Assembly: GCA_016218805.1 (NCBI GenBank)
Contig: JACRCW010000012.1
Location: 1 to 41,367, forward strand
Direction of reading: 5' to 3'
Source: Deltaproteobacteria bacterium
GTDB taxonomy: Bacteria; Myxococcota; JACRCW01
Length of the DNA stretch: 41,367 bases
Shown: positions 1 to 9,582 of the stretch, piece by piece
Position numbering within the stretch: position 1 is the stretch's first letter
How the letters are laid out: every line of letters starts with the position of its first letter
The notes under the pieces: model-generated
What the model was told of the DNA's origin: nothing
Seen by the model: only the letters and a program-made list of their open reading frames with translations
Databases searched by the model: none
Made by a program: the position numbers and the translations under genes

Positions 1-413
1 CGCTGGGCGCAGGCACGCTGCGGTCCGGCGGGTTCCATTCACGCCCGGGACGCGGTTCACCACCGGCGGGCGCGGGCGCCGCGCCGCCGCCGCTGGGCGC
101 AGGCACGCTGCGGTCCGGCGGGTTCCATTCACGCCCGGGACGCGGTTCACCACCGGCGGGCGCGGGCGCCGCGCCGCCACCGCTGGGCACAGGCACGCTG
201 CGGTCCGGCGGGTTCCATTCGCGACCGGGACGCGGTTCACCACCGGCGGGCGCGGGCGCCGCGCCGCCACCGCTGGGCGCAGGCACGCTGCGGTCCGGCG
301 GGTTCCATTCGCGACCGGGACGCGGTTCACCACCGGCGGGCGCCGGCGCCGCGCCACCGCCGCTGGGCGCAGGCACGCTGCGGTCCGGCGGGTTCCATTC
401 ACGTCCGGGACGG
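1..413. repeat. 90-bp coding tandem repeat, at least 4.5 copies (30-aa unit GGAAPAPAGGEPRPGREWNPPDRSVPAPSG)
   Basis: Near-identical units start at 1, 91, 181, 271 and 361 (partial). In frame within the minus-strand lipoprotein. Confidence 0.95.
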
Positions 414-1438
414 GGCTGTGCCGGTTCCGGCGGTGCGTTCACGTCGGAGGAACCGTGGCCGCCCGCGGGCGGACTACCGCCCACATCGCTGGGGCCATGA
501 CCGCCGCCGGGGGAGGTCCCGCCGCCCACGTTGGATGAGCCGTGGCCCGTGCCGGGGCTGGTTCCCCCCGTTGATCCCCCGCCGTGTGCAGGGTTGGGCG
601 CTGGGCCGGGGGCCGGCTGTCCGCCCCCCGTGCCACCCACGTGCGAGGGACCGTGACCACCCGGGCTGCCGCGGTGGCCAGCGTTGCCCACCGTGGGACG
701 GAACACGGGCCGCGTGCTGTCCAGGTCCGTGATGCGCACGGGGCGGGCCGTGCCGCCGCCGCTGCTGACGTACGTCGTCGACGGGCCGTAATCGTACCGG
801 TACGACCCGTGGTACACGCGCACGTCGGTGTAGATGACCGTGGTCCCCAGGCACGTCCGGTAGCCGGGACCGTAGATGGCGTAGCGGTAGATGGACGGGT
901 AGCCCATGTAGCGCGTCTCCACGAACACCCACGCGCCATCACTGACCACGAACGTCATCCCCGACGCATACCCCGGCGGGATGGGCGCCCAACCCAGGTA
1001 GGTGCCACCCGTGCGCCAGCTCACCCACGCGGGACCCCACACCGTGTCAGGTGACCAGACCCACCCGTAGACGGGGTCCCAACCCCAGCGGCCGTAGTGG
1101 TGGACCGGATAGGCCCACGCGTAGTCGTCCACCCAGGTCCACCCGTATTCGGTGAGCTCCCAGTGGCCATACGTGTACGGACGGAAGCCGTCCCCCACCA
1201 TGGCCGGGTTGGGCGACCACACGCGCCCGTAGCGTCCGCTCACCACCCAGCTGCCATACCCGGCCAGGTCGTCGTCCCAGACGCTGGCGGACGCCACCAC
1301 CGGCGGCGGCGGCGGCCCGGGGGCCGCGGTGTCCGTCGTCACCGTGCGCTCCTCAACAACGCGCTCGCGCGTGGTGATGCACCCCTGCGCCAGCGCCAAC
1401 CCCACCAGGACGCTCCAGGATCCGCGAACGCTTGCCAT
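1..1438 (-). CDS. DUF6600-like Trp/Tyr/Gly-rich lipoprotein with Pro/Gly-rich repetitive C-terminus (3' end runs off the window)
   Basis: Absent from the ORF track because it has no stop in the window. Manual translation from ATG 1438 (GGAGG upstream): MASVRGSWSVLVGLALAQGC (lipobox-like) ... LAGYGSWV ... FRPYTYGHWELTEYGWTWVDDYAWAYPVHHYGRWGWDPVYGWVWSPDTVWGPAWVSWRTGGTYLGWAPIPP, typical of DUF6600 proteins. Confidence 0.85.
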   Translation of the reverse strand, partial: MASVRGSWSVLVGLALAQGCITTRERVVEERTVTTDTAAPGPPPPPVVASASVWDDDLAGYGSWVVSGRYGRVWSPNPAMVGDGFRPYTYGHWELTEYGWTWVDDYAWAYPVHHYGRWGWDPVYGWVWSPDTVWGPAWVSWRTGGTYLGWAPIPPGYASGMTFVVSDGAWVFVETRYMGYPSIYRYAIYGPGYRTCLGTTVIYTDVRVYHGSYRYDYGPSTTYVSSGGGTARPVRITDLDSTRPVFRPTVGNAGHRGSPGGHGPSHVGGTGGGQPAPGPAPNPAHGGGSTGGTSPGTGHGSSNVGGGTSPGGGHGPSDVGGSPPAGGHGSSDVNAPPEPAQPRPGREWNPPDRSVPAPSGGGAAPAPAGGEPRPGREWNPPDRSVPAPSGGGAAPAPAGGEPRPGREWNPPDRSVPVPSGGGAAPAPAGGEPRPGREWNPPDRSVPAPSGGGAAPAPAGGEPRPGREWNPPDRSVPAPS

Positions 1439-1634
1439 GTGACGACCTCCATGTCCCCCGGACCATCACCCGCCGACGGGGACTTGCACCAGCGCCCCAG
1501 TGGACGCCCGGAAACGCACCTCCATTCAACCACATGCCCGCGCCCGCGCCCGTCGCGGATCGCCCCGTGAACCACCGTTCACGTCACATTCTGCATCCTG
1601 CATGCGCCACCACGGGCGCGCGGGGGCGCTGACT

Positions 1635-1650
1635 GGGCACGCGGCATGCT
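1635..1650 (+). promoter_or_regulatory. possible sigma54 -24/-12 promoter
   Basis: GGGCAC-GCGGC-ATGCT has GG-N10-GC spacing about 25 nt upstream of the 1675 ATG. Imperfect consensus. Confidence 0.3.
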
Positions 1651-1674
1651 GTTCCCCGGGCGGAGGTTGGAGCC

Positions 1675-2292
1675 ATGGGATTTCCTCGTGTGATGTCAGC
1701 GGTGGTTGGAGCGGCGTTGGGTGCCGGAGCGGTGGTGGGCCTGTTGGCGCGCGAACCGCCCACACAGCCCGTGCCCCAGGGGGATTTACGCCCCGTGGTG
1801 GACCGCATCCGTGAGGTGGCGCGCCTGGAGACCCTGTCGGTCGGACTGCACCGCAAGGTCACCTATGAACCGGCGGTGCCCAAAGCGGACTCCACCCTGC
1901 GCGACCTGGCCAACTGGGCGGCGCACGAGGTCCGCCCCCACCGCGGCAGGGCCATCGTCTTTGCGGACGCGCACCTGAGCGTGGACCTGCGCCGCGTGGA
2001 CGCGCGGGCCGCCGGCCGGACGGTGTTTGTGGTGCTTCCGGACGTTGTCACGCGCGTGGAGTTGCGGCCGCTGGAGACGGAGGTGTTTGACAGCAACCTT
2101 GAGCCGGCCGAGCAGCAGGTGATGATGCACCAGGCGCTGGTGGAGATGCAGTCCGCCGTGCGGCAGGACGCTGCGTTGCGCCGGCGCGCGCTGGAGAGCG
2201 CGCAGCAGTCACTCCGCGCGTTTCTGGTGGGCGCGGGCTTCCAGGATGTGCGGTTTGTGGACGCCCTGCCCGCCTCCCCGGCCGGCGCCTGA
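1675..2292 (+). CDS. DUF4230-family protein
   Basis: GGAG RBS, N-terminal hydrophobic anchor, IREVARLETL, VDLRRV, and C-terminal A..SAQQSLRAFL..AGF pattern. Confidence 0.75.
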   Translation: MGFPRVMSAVVGAALGAGAVVGLLAREPPTQPVPQGDLRPVVDRIREVARLETLSVGLHRKVTYEPAVPKADSTLRDLANWAAHEVRPHRGRAIVFADAHLSVDLRRVDARAAGRTVFVVLPDVVTRVELRPLETEVFDSNLEPAEQQVMMHQALVEMQSAVRQDAALRRRALESAQQSLRAFLVGAGFQDVRFVDALPASPAGA

Positions 2293-2338
2293 ACGCGGGG
2301 GAACGCGCCCACCGGGGCGTCCACCGCGCCTGTTCTGT

Positions 2339-3442
2339 TCAACGCGGACCGGGCGGCCCGAACAGCTGCTCCACGGTGAGCGTCAGGGACACGTCCGGCG
2401 CATTGGTCTCCCGGCTCCAGCGGAACCGGCGGCACGCCTGGCACAGCATGAAGTCCTCGCCCACCCAGAGGGTCACCACCGTCCGCGTGGGGAAGTAGAA
2501 GCGCGCTCCCCCGGAGATGAGGTTCACCGGCGTGAAGTACGCGTTGTACGCCGTGGCGCGCGGCGGCAGCGTCTGGCTGGTCAGCAGCATGGCGTCAGCC
2601 ACGTACAGCGGTGACTGCACGCGGTCCTCCAAGAGCAGCGTGGCAAACGGCAGCACCCGCAGCTCCAGCGACATCTCCCCCAGCAGCTGCGGGTTGCGCG
2701 GGGTCAGCCCCGCCACGGCCGCCTGGCCGTGGAACAGCGCGTGCCCCCCCACGTACACCGCCGCCACGCGCCAGAAGCGCCGCCACACCGTCACCCCCAG
2801 CGCCGCCTCCGGCCCGTACAGCCGCAGCGCGCGCGACACGTCCCCCAGCGGCAGCAGCAGGTCGCCGCGGACCTGGATGGACGTGGTCTCATTCTCCAGC
2901 GGCCGCAGGAACGCACTCACCGTGGGTGACGCCAGCAGCGTGCGCGGCCCCATCCAGTGCAGCCCCGGCCCGCCGTCGTCCGTCTCCGCCCGCAGCTCCG
3001 TGCGGCCCGCGCGCTCCAGGTGCCGGGAGAAGTTGTAGAAGTCGAACCGGTGGTGGAACGCCTCGATGCCTTCATCCACCAGGCGCCCGCCCCACAGCTG
3101 CTGCACCCCCCACCGGCCCCCCACGGACACCCACCGCCCCAGCGGCAACCCCGCATCCAGGAACAACCCCTCCACCTGCGCGTCCACGGCGTGCGTGGCC
3201 ACCACGCCGGACCGCGTCCGGAACGGTGCCTGGGAGTTCCACACGTTGGCCGTGCTGCGCTCCACCCGCAGCCACGGCCGCGCCACCGACGGGTGTGCCC
3301 GCACGTCCACCAGCGCCGCGCGCAACGGCGTCTGCTGCAGCGTCCCCGTGGGACCCGCAAAACCCACGGGCGTCTCCAGCGGCTGTGCAGACAGCGGCAA
3401 CGCGGCAGACGCCAGGAGCAGAAACGGAAGGAAACGCAACAC
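2339..3442 (-). CDS. secreted, probably outer-membrane protein (DUF3187-like)
   Basis: Signal peptide (V/M)LRFLPFLLLASAALPLSAQ from GTG 3442, GGRLVDEGIEAFH motif, alternating beta-strand pattern. Start uncertain. Confidence 0.65.
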   Translation of the reverse strand: MLRFLPFLLLASAALPLSAQPLETPVGFAGPTGTLQQTPLRAALVDVRAHPSVARPWLRVERSTANVWNSQAPFRTRSGVVATHAVDAQVEGLFLDAGLPLGRWVSVGGRWGVQQLWGGRLVDEGIEAFHHRFDFYNFSRHLERAGRTELRAETDDGGPGLHWMGPRTLLASPTVSAFLRPLENETTSIQVRGDLLLPLGDVSRALRLYGPEAALGVTVWRRFWRVAAVYVGGHALFHGQAAVAGLTPRNPQLLGEMSLELRVLPFATLLLEDRVQSPLYVADAMLLTSQTLPPRATAYNAYFTPVNLISGGARFYFPTRTVVTLWVGEDFMLCQACRRFRWSRETNAPDVSLTLTVEQLFGPPGPR

Positions 3443-3583
3443 CGCCCGCGCTCCATATCCCGCAGCGGCCCCGCGCGCCCATTCCACCCCCGCTGTGGAA
3501 AAACCTGGGGAGAAGCGGGGGGGAACCGGTGGGCGGAGGGTGGAGCGTTTTGCCGCGTCCGGATGCGGCGAATGGCGGTTGTG

Positions 3584-3600
3584 GGGAACGGATGTTCAGT
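3584..3600 (+). promoter_or_regulatory. putative LexA (SOS) box upstream of dnaE2
   Basis: GAAC-GGAT-GTTCAG (3586-3599) gives a GAAC-N4-GTTC core, and the right half matches the Myxococcus-type ...GTTCAG box. About 50 nt upstream of the dnaE2 start. Confidence 0.6.
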
Positions 3601-3646
3601 GTACATCCCCGGCATGGCCCGGATGCGCATGGACGGGGGGACCAGG

Positions 3647-6600
3647 ATGCCGTTTGTGGAACCGGCGGCCCCCGGGCCGGTGCCGGATCCCCCGCCGCGG
3701 GCGCCGGACCAGCTGCGGGCGCCGTGCGTGGAGCTGTGCGCGGCCACTTCGTTCAGCTTCCTGCACGGCGCCTCCCAGCCTGAAGAGATGGTGGCCACCG
3801 CCGTGGCCGGCGGCGCGGACGCGCTGGGCGTGGCGGACTGGCACGGGCTGTATGGCGTGGTGCGCGCGTTTGCGGAGGCCCGGCGGCTGAACGCGCGCGC
3901 GGTGGTGGGCGCGGCGCTGGTCACCCGCGCGCCGGACGGGACCGCGGGGCCCTCCGTGTTGCTGTACCCCGTCTCCCGCTCCGGGTACGCGCGGCTGTGC
4001 CGGCTGCTCACGCGCGGCCACGCGGACCGGCCCAAGGGCAGCTGCGTGGTGGCGCTGGCGGACGTGTGCGCCTCCGCGCCGGGGCTCCACGCCGTGGTCC
4101 TGCCTCCCGGCCTGGACCTGATGGCGGAGTCCCAGCCGGACCTCCCCGCGCGGGACCTAGCCGTGGCGTGGGACGCGGCCCGGGACGGGTGCCTGCGCGC
4201 GCTCAAGGAGTCCTTTGGGGAGCGGCTCAGCGTGGCGCTGGTGCGGCGCCTGTCTGACCAAGACGCCCGGCATGACCGCTGGGCCCGGGACGCGCACCAG
4301 CAGCTGGGCATTGCGCGGCTGGCCACCAGCCGGCCGCTGATGCACGCGGGCTGGCGCAAGCCGCTGCAGGACGTGCTGACGTGCATCCGGCTGGGCGTGC
4401 GCCTGTTTGACGCCGGCACCGTCCTGCTGCCCAACGCGGAGGCGCGGCTGCTCACGCCGCTGGAGCTGGCCGGCCGCTTTTCGGACGCCCCGGACGCGCT
4501 GCGGCGCACGCGCGAGGTGGCGGACGCGTGCCGCGGCTTTTCGCTGGGGGAGCTGCGCTACCGCTTCCCCGCGGACCGCCTGATGCCCGGCGAGACGGCG
4601 CAGGGACGGCTGCGCGCGCTCACGTTTGAGGGCGCGCGGCGGCGCTACGGCGGCAACGTCCCGGACGCGGTGTCCCGCCAGCTGCTGCACGAGCTGGACC
4701 TCATTGAGAAGATTGACGTGGCGCCGTACTTCCTCACGGTGCATGACATTGTGGAGACGGCGCGCGCGCGCCATATCCTGTGCCAGGGGCGCGGCAGCGC
4801 GGCCAACAGCGCGGTCTGTTACGTGCTGGGCGTCACCAGCGTGGACCCGGTGCGGATGCAGCTGCTGTTTGAGCGCTTCCTGTCCGTGGAGCGCGGCGAG
4901 CCGCCGGACATTGACGTGGACTTTGAGCACGAGCGGCGCGAGGAGGTCATCCAGGACATCTACAACCGCTGGGGGCGCGAACACGCCGGCATGGTGGCCG
5001 AGGTCATCTGCTACCGCGGGCGCTCCGCCATCCGCGAGGCGGGCAAGGTGGTGGGCCTGGACGACGACACGCTGGACCGCATGAGCGGGCTGATGATCCA
5101 CTCCAGCCTGCGGGACGTGCAGGCGGCGCGGTTGGCGGACGTGGGCATCCAATCCGCCAGCCGCGAGGTGGCGCTGACGCTGCGCCTGTCCCGCCTGCTG
5201 CAGGGGATCCCGCGGCACCTGTCCATCCACGTGGGGGGCTTCATCCTCACGCATGACGCGTTGCTGGACACCGTGCCCATTGAGCCGGGCGCCATGGAGG
5301 CGCGCACGGTGATCCAGTGGGACAAGGATGACGTGGACACGCTGGGCATCTTCAAGATGGACGTGCTGGGCCTGGGGATGCTGACCGCGCTGCGCAAGTG
5401 CATGGACCTGGTGCGGCACACGGGTGGCCCGGCCATGGAGTTGTGGAGCATCCCGCCGGAGGACCCCGCGGTGTACGCGGCCATCCAGAAGGCGGACACG
5501 GTGGGCGTGTTCCAGATTGAGAGCCGCGCGCAGATGGCCATGCTGCCGCGGCTGAAGCCCGCGTCGTTCTATGACCTGGTCATTGAGGTGGCCATTGTGC
5601 GGCCCGGGCCCATCCAGGGGGACATGGTGCACCCCTACCTGCGGCGCCGCCGCGGCGAAGAGCCGGTGGAGTACCCGCACCCGGCGCTGGCGCCCATCCT
5701 GGAGCGCACGCTGGGCGTGCCGCTGTTCCAGGAGCAGGTGATGAAGCTGGCCGTGGTGGGGGCGGGGTACACCCCGGGCGAGGCGGACCAGCTGCGGCGG
5801 GACATGGCGGCCTGGCGCAAGAACGGGCGGCTGGCGCGGCACCGGGACAAGCTGCTGCGCGGGTTTGAGAAGAACGGCGTGCCGGCGGAGTTTGCGGAGC
5901 GGCTGTACGCGCAGGTGCAGGGGTTTGGCGAATACGGGTTCCCGGAGAGCCACGCGGCCAGCTTTGCACTTCTTACCTATGCCAGCTCATACCTGAAGGT
6001 GCACCACCCCGCGGCCTTCTGCGCCGCCATCATCAACAGCCTGCCCATGGGCTTCTACACACCTTCGTCCCTGGTGCAGGACGCGCAGCGCCACGGCGTG
6101 CCGGTGCTGCCGGTGGACGCGCGGCACTCCGTCTGGGACTGCACGCTGGAGCGGCAGCCGGACGGCCAGCTGGCGCTGCGGCTGGGCTTCCGCCTGGTGA
6201 AGGGACTCACGCGGGAGAAGGTGGAGGCGCTGGTGCAGCGGCGGGACCGCGGTGAGGGCCTGGTGGACATGGCGGCGGCCATGGGCGCGGCGCAGTGGCG
6301 GCCGCAGGAGCTGTTTGCCCTCAGTGGGAGCGGGGCCATGGACGGCCTGGCGGGCGGGCGGCGTGAAGCCCTGTGGGAGGGCCTGGGCGTGGACGGCGCG
6401 GTGCGCCCGGACAACCCCGCGCCACGGCTCACCACGGGGCTGCGCACGGAAGAGGCCGCACCGCGCCTGCCGCGCGTGGGAAAGATGGAACAGCTGATGC
6501 TGGACTACCGGCACACCGGGCTGTCGGTGGCGGACCACCCGCTCAAGCATCTGCGCGAAGACCTGGCGCGGCAGCGCGTGGTGCGCTGCGCGGACCTGGG

Positions 6601-6898
6601 CACGCTCACGCACGGCACACCGGTGCGCGTGGCGGGCCTGGCCATCACGCGGCAGCAGCCGGGGACGGCGTCCGGCGTGGTGTTCCTCACGCTGGAGGAT
6701 GAGACGGGGACCGCCAACATCGTGCTGTGGAACCGGGTGTTCCAGAAGTTCCACGCGCTGGCCCGCTCCGCGCCGCTGGTCATTGTCAGCGGGCGGGTGG
6801 AGCGGGACGGTGAGGTCATCCACGTCATTGCGGAACACCTCAAGGAGCTGAAGCTCCCGGCGGGGGACCTGGCTGCGCGCAGCCGGGATTTCCATTGA
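3647..6898 (+). CDS. dnaE2: error-prone DNA polymerase DnaE2 (ImuC)
   Basis: ELC..TSFSFL.GAS.PEE PHP start, GRGSAANSAVCY, PPDIDVDFEH, FKMDVLGLG, GFPESHAASF, OB-fold GVVFLTLEDETG and the diagnostic C-terminal SRDFH. Start at 3647 is a best guess (3614 or 3629 possible). Confidence 0.95.
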   Translation: MPFVEPAAPGPVPDPPPRAPDQLRAPCVELCAATSFSFLHGASQPEEMVATAVAGGADALGVADWHGLYGVVRAFAEARRLNARAVVGAALVTRAPDGTAGPSVLLYPVSRSGYARLCRLLTRGHADRPKGSCVVALADVCASAPGLHAVVLPPGLDLMAESQPDLPARDLAVAWDAARDGCLRALKESFGERLSVALVRRLSDQDARHDRWARDAHQQLGIARLATSRPLMHAGWRKPLQDVLTCIRLGVRLFDAGTVLLPNAEARLLTPLELAGRFSDAPDALRRTREVADACRGFSLGELRYRFPADRLMPGETAQGRLRALTFEGARRRYGGNVPDAVSRQLLHELDLIEKIDVAPYFLTVHDIVETARARHILCQGRGSAANSAVCYVLGVTSVDPVRMQLLFERFLSVERGEPPDIDVDFEHERREEVIQDIYNRWGREHAGMVAEVICYRGRSAIREAGKVVGLDDDTLDRMSGLMIHSSLRDVQAARLADVGIQSASREVALTLRLSRLLQGIPRHLSIHVGGFILTHDALLDTVPIEPGAMEARTVIQWDKDDVDTLGIFKMDVLGLGMLTALRKCMDLVRHTGGPAMELWSIPPEDPAVYAAIQKADTVGVFQIESRAQMAMLPRLKPASFYDLVIEVAIVRPGPIQGDMVHPYLRRRRGEEPVEYPHPALAPILERTLGVPLFQEQVMKLAVVGAGYTPGEADQLRRDMAAWRKNGRLARHRDKLLRGFEKNGVPAEFAERLYAQVQGFGEYGFPESHAASFALLTYASSYLKVHHPAAFCAAIINSLPMGFYTPSSLVQDAQRHGVPVLPVDARHSVWDCTLERQPDGQLALRLGFRLVKGLTREKVEALVQRRDRGEGLVDMAAAMGAAQWRPQELFALSGSGAMDGLAGGRREALWEGLGVDGAVRPDNPAPRLTTGLRTEEAAPRLPRVGKMEQLMLDYRHTGLSVADHPLKHLREDLARQRVVRCADLGTLTHGTPVRVAGLAITRQQPGTASGVVFLTLEDETGTANIVLWNRVFQKFHALARSAPLVIVSGRVERDGEVIHVIAEHLKELKLPAGDLAARSRDFH

Positions 6899-6929
6899 CA
6901 TCCCGCGCGGCCGCGCGGACAAGACGCAC

Positions 6930-9182
6930 ATGCGCCTGCCTGTCGTCGTTATCCCGGTCCTGCTGTCCACCCTGGTCCACACGGGCTGCCCCGTGGCGCA
7001 GTGCCGGGATGACCAGGTCCGCGAGGACAACACGTGCGTGACCCGCTGCACGCGTGACTTTGACTGCGATGCGCCACAGCGGTGCACGGACGGGCGGTGC
7101 CGCCTGGGCGGCGGGAGCTCATCGGGCCACGTTGCCTCATCAACGGGCAGCGCCACGTCCACCGCCCTGCCCTCCTCCTCCTCCTCCTCCTTCTCCTTCT
7201 CCTCCTCCTCTGCGCCGGGCGGTTCGTCCACGGGGACCCCGTCATCACGCACGCCCTCGTCGTCACCAGCGCTGACCTCGTCGTCCGCCACCATCACCGC
7301 GTCGTCTTCGGCAGCGGTGGTGTGGTCATCATCCGCGGCCGCGCCCCCCTCCAGCAGCGCCGCGGCGTGCACCGCCGCCACCGCGTGCGTGGCGGGGGAT
7401 GGCTGCTGTCCGGCGCTGTGCGCCTCGGCGGCGGACGCGGATTGCCCGCCCGCGGGCGTGCTGGAGCTGGCCGCCCCGTCGCTGTCGGTCACCGAGGGCG
7501 GCACTGTGCAGGTGGTGGTCCGCCGCGTGGGCGGCAGCCGCGGCAGCGCGCCGTTCACGCTGCTGGCCACCGGCGGCACCGCCAGCGTTGGGGCACACTA
7601 CGCGTTTGCCGGGGGCAGCTCTGCGTTTGCGGACGGGGACGCGGCGGACCGCGCGTACGCCCTGTCCACGGTGGATGACGCGGTCCGCGGGGACCGCACC
7701 GTTGTACTGGGCCTGTCCGCCGGGACCGGGACCACGCTGGGCACGGTCCGTTCCACCACGGTCACCATTGAGGATGATGACGTGTGCCTGCTGCCGGATG
7801 TGCCTGACGCCGCCGCGGACCCGGGCGCGCTGGAGGTGTACGTCACCCAGCCCGTCATCACCGCGGCCGAGGTGGACTGCCGCACGCTGGCCAGTGGGGA
7901 CGCCGTGCCCGCGCAGCGGATGAACGCCATCCTGTGGCAAATGGGCGCCTCCGCGGATGACACGCCGGTGACCTGGGACGTGGGCACGCGCACGGGGTTC
8001 CAGCCGGGGTCCGCGTCAGAGTGGAGCGCCTGGCAACGCGGCCCCAACGACACGCCGGGCACTTCCGCCGTGCAACTGCGCGGCGGAACGGCGGGCATCT
8101 ACATCAACTCGGCGTCCGCCGGTGTCCCTGTCACGTCGGAAATCCTGCCCATTGTGCTTCACCATGATCTTGCGGCCACGGCGGATGAACGCCCGTTCCT
8201 GGATCCCAGCCACGAGCTCACCTACGCGCTGGACCTGCAGGTGCCGTGGGCCACGCGCAGCGGCGCCGGGCAGGTCTACGCCACCGCGGTGCTGCGCTTC
8301 CTGGACGCGCGCACCGGCCGCCAGGTGTGGATGGTGATCCAGGCGTTTGACCTGCGGCCCGCACAACCGGAAGGCGCCATCCTGGACGGGTGCTCCACCT
8401 GCACGCAGCTGCCCATCATCATCACCGCGTTCGCGGCGGGCACGCGGTTTGGCCACGTGGCGTCGGACTCCGCCACGTTCACCACCACGCCGTGGACCGG
8501 CTTCCGGCGTTTTGAGTTCCGCCTGGCGCGCGCGGAGTTCGCCGCAGCGCTTGCGGTGGTGAAGACGCAGTTTGCGTTTGATGACACCGAACTGTCACCC
8601 GACCCGTCCGACTTCCGCCTGGTGCACCTGAACATCAACCCGGAGGTGTACGCGCCCGCCGGGTCCACCGGGAGCATTGGCATGTCCGTGCGCAACATTG
8701 TCCTGGCGCGCCACGCCGCGCGCCCGCTGGGGTATGACCGCGTGTACTACCGCGGCGCCAACGCCAGCCCCGTGGCCAACGCGCAGGCGTTCTTCACCAC
8801 CGCCACCGACGGGACCTGGGACGAGGCCAAGAGCGTCTGGGCCCCCTTCCCCAACCACGGCGGGACCGTTGAGGTGCTCTTTGACTTTTCTACGCACCCG
8901 CGCTGGACCGGGACGCTCACCGGCCTGCGCATAGACCCGTTTGACAGCAGCGCCGCGGGCGCGTGCTTCAACGTTGACGAGATCCGCGTGCAGGACGCGG
9001 CCGGCAACGTGGCGCTGGCGTGGGCCTTCAACGGCGCGGCCGTCACCCCCACCGAGCCGTGGTTCGGCTGGACGTTCAACGGGCTGACGTCACTGTGGTC
9101 AGACGGGAGCTTCTGGGGCGCCTGCCAGGTCAACGGCGACCCCGGGTTCCAGGCCAGCGTGAACATCCCCACGGGACGGTGA
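6930..9182 (+). CDS. Cys-rich lipoprotein with Ser-rich linker, Calx-beta domain and C-terminal carbohydrate-binding-like region
   Basis: Signal ending ...VHTGC, Cys-rich module, poly-Ser linker, Calx-beta pattern (SVTEGG...VRRVGG...TTVTIEDDD), C-terminal W.GTLTGLRIDP motif. Confidence 0.75.
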   Translation: MRLPVVVIPVLLSTLVHTGCPVAQCRDDQVREDNTCVTRCTRDFDCDAPQRCTDGRCRLGGGSSSGHVASSTGSATSTALPSSSSSSFSFSSSSAPGGSSTGTPSSRTPSSSPALTSSSATITASSSAAVVWSSSAAAPPSSSAAACTAATACVAGDGCCPALCASAADADCPPAGVLELAAPSLSVTEGGTVQVVVRRVGGSRGSAPFTLLATGGTASVGAHYAFAGGSSAFADGDAADRAYALSTVDDAVRGDRTVVLGLSAGTGTTLGTVRSTTVTIEDDDVCLLPDVPDAAADPGALEVYVTQPVITAAEVDCRTLASGDAVPAQRMNAILWQMGASADDTPVTWDVGTRTGFQPGSASEWSAWQRGPNDTPGTSAVQLRGGTAGIYINSASAGVPVTSEILPIVLHHDLAATADERPFLDPSHELTYALDLQVPWATRSGAGQVYATAVLRFLDARTGRQVWMVIQAFDLRPAQPEGAILDGCSTCTQLPIIITAFAAGTRFGHVASDSATFTTTPWTGFRRFEFRLARAEFAAALAVVKTQFAFDDTELSPDPSDFRLVHLNINPEVYAPAGSTGSIGMSVRNIVLARHAARPLGYDRVYYRGANASPVANAQAFFTTATDGTWDEAKSVWAPFPNHGGTVEVLFDFSTHPRWTGTLTGLRIDPFDSSAAGACFNVDEIRVQDAAGNVALAWAFNGAAVTPTEPWFGWTFNGLTSLWSDGSFWGACQVNGDPGFQASVNIPTGR

Positions 9183-9197
9183 GCCGCCGGAAATTGC

Positions 9198-9225
9198 CAG
9201 GGGCACCCGTTGCGGGGTGCCCCTG
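9198..9225. terminator. GC-rich hairpin between convergent genes
   Basis: CAGGGGCACCC-gttgcg-GGGTGCCCCTG, an 11-bp stem with no clear U tract. Confidence 0.5.
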
Positions 9226-9249
9226 CGTGTCCAGACCTACGTCGTGGAT

Positions 9250-9582
9250 TCAGCGCGCGCGCTTGAGCTTGGCGACGATGCGGTCCTTCGCCTCGTCGTT
9301 GGCTTCGGGCTCCTCGCCCTCGGGGTCCTGCAGGTGGCGGCCGGTGGCCAGGTAGGCGCGCTTCTCAATGTCCAACAGGTACTGCCGCAGCGCGGAGTTC
9401 ACCGCGTTGGAGGGCAGCGGGTCATGCAGGCCCACCTCCATCCCGTGGTGCATGCGCAGCACATTCTCCTCCGCGCTGCTGAGCGTCTCGCCCGGGCGGG
9501 TCTTGACGTTGCTCAGCCGGCGCTTGCGCGCAGCGGTCTGGGTGACTTCCCGGGTGGCGGTCTTGCTGGACGGCTTGCGCAT
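9250..9582 (-). CDS. small hypothetical protein (110 aa) with sigma70 region-4.1-like segment
   Basis: GGAGAG RBS before ATG 9582. LSSAEENVLRMHHG segment and C-terminal KDRIVAKLKR. Confidence 0.75.
   Translation of the reverse strand: MRKPSSKTATREVTQTAARKRRLSNVKTRPGETLSSAEENVLRMHHGMEVGLHDPLPSNAVNSALRQYLLDIEKRAYLATGRHLQDPEGEEPEANDEAKDRIVAKLKRAR

Noticed and set aside
1..413. 90-bp repeats as a CRISPR array
   Set aside because: No unique spacers. The unit is a multiple of 3 and lies in frame in a CDS, and there are no cas genes.
2957..3646. 230-aa N-terminal extension of DnaE2 in the ORF track
   Set aside because: It overlaps the opposite-strand gene and the SOS-like box, the sequence is shadow-like, and polymerase homology begins only after about 3720.
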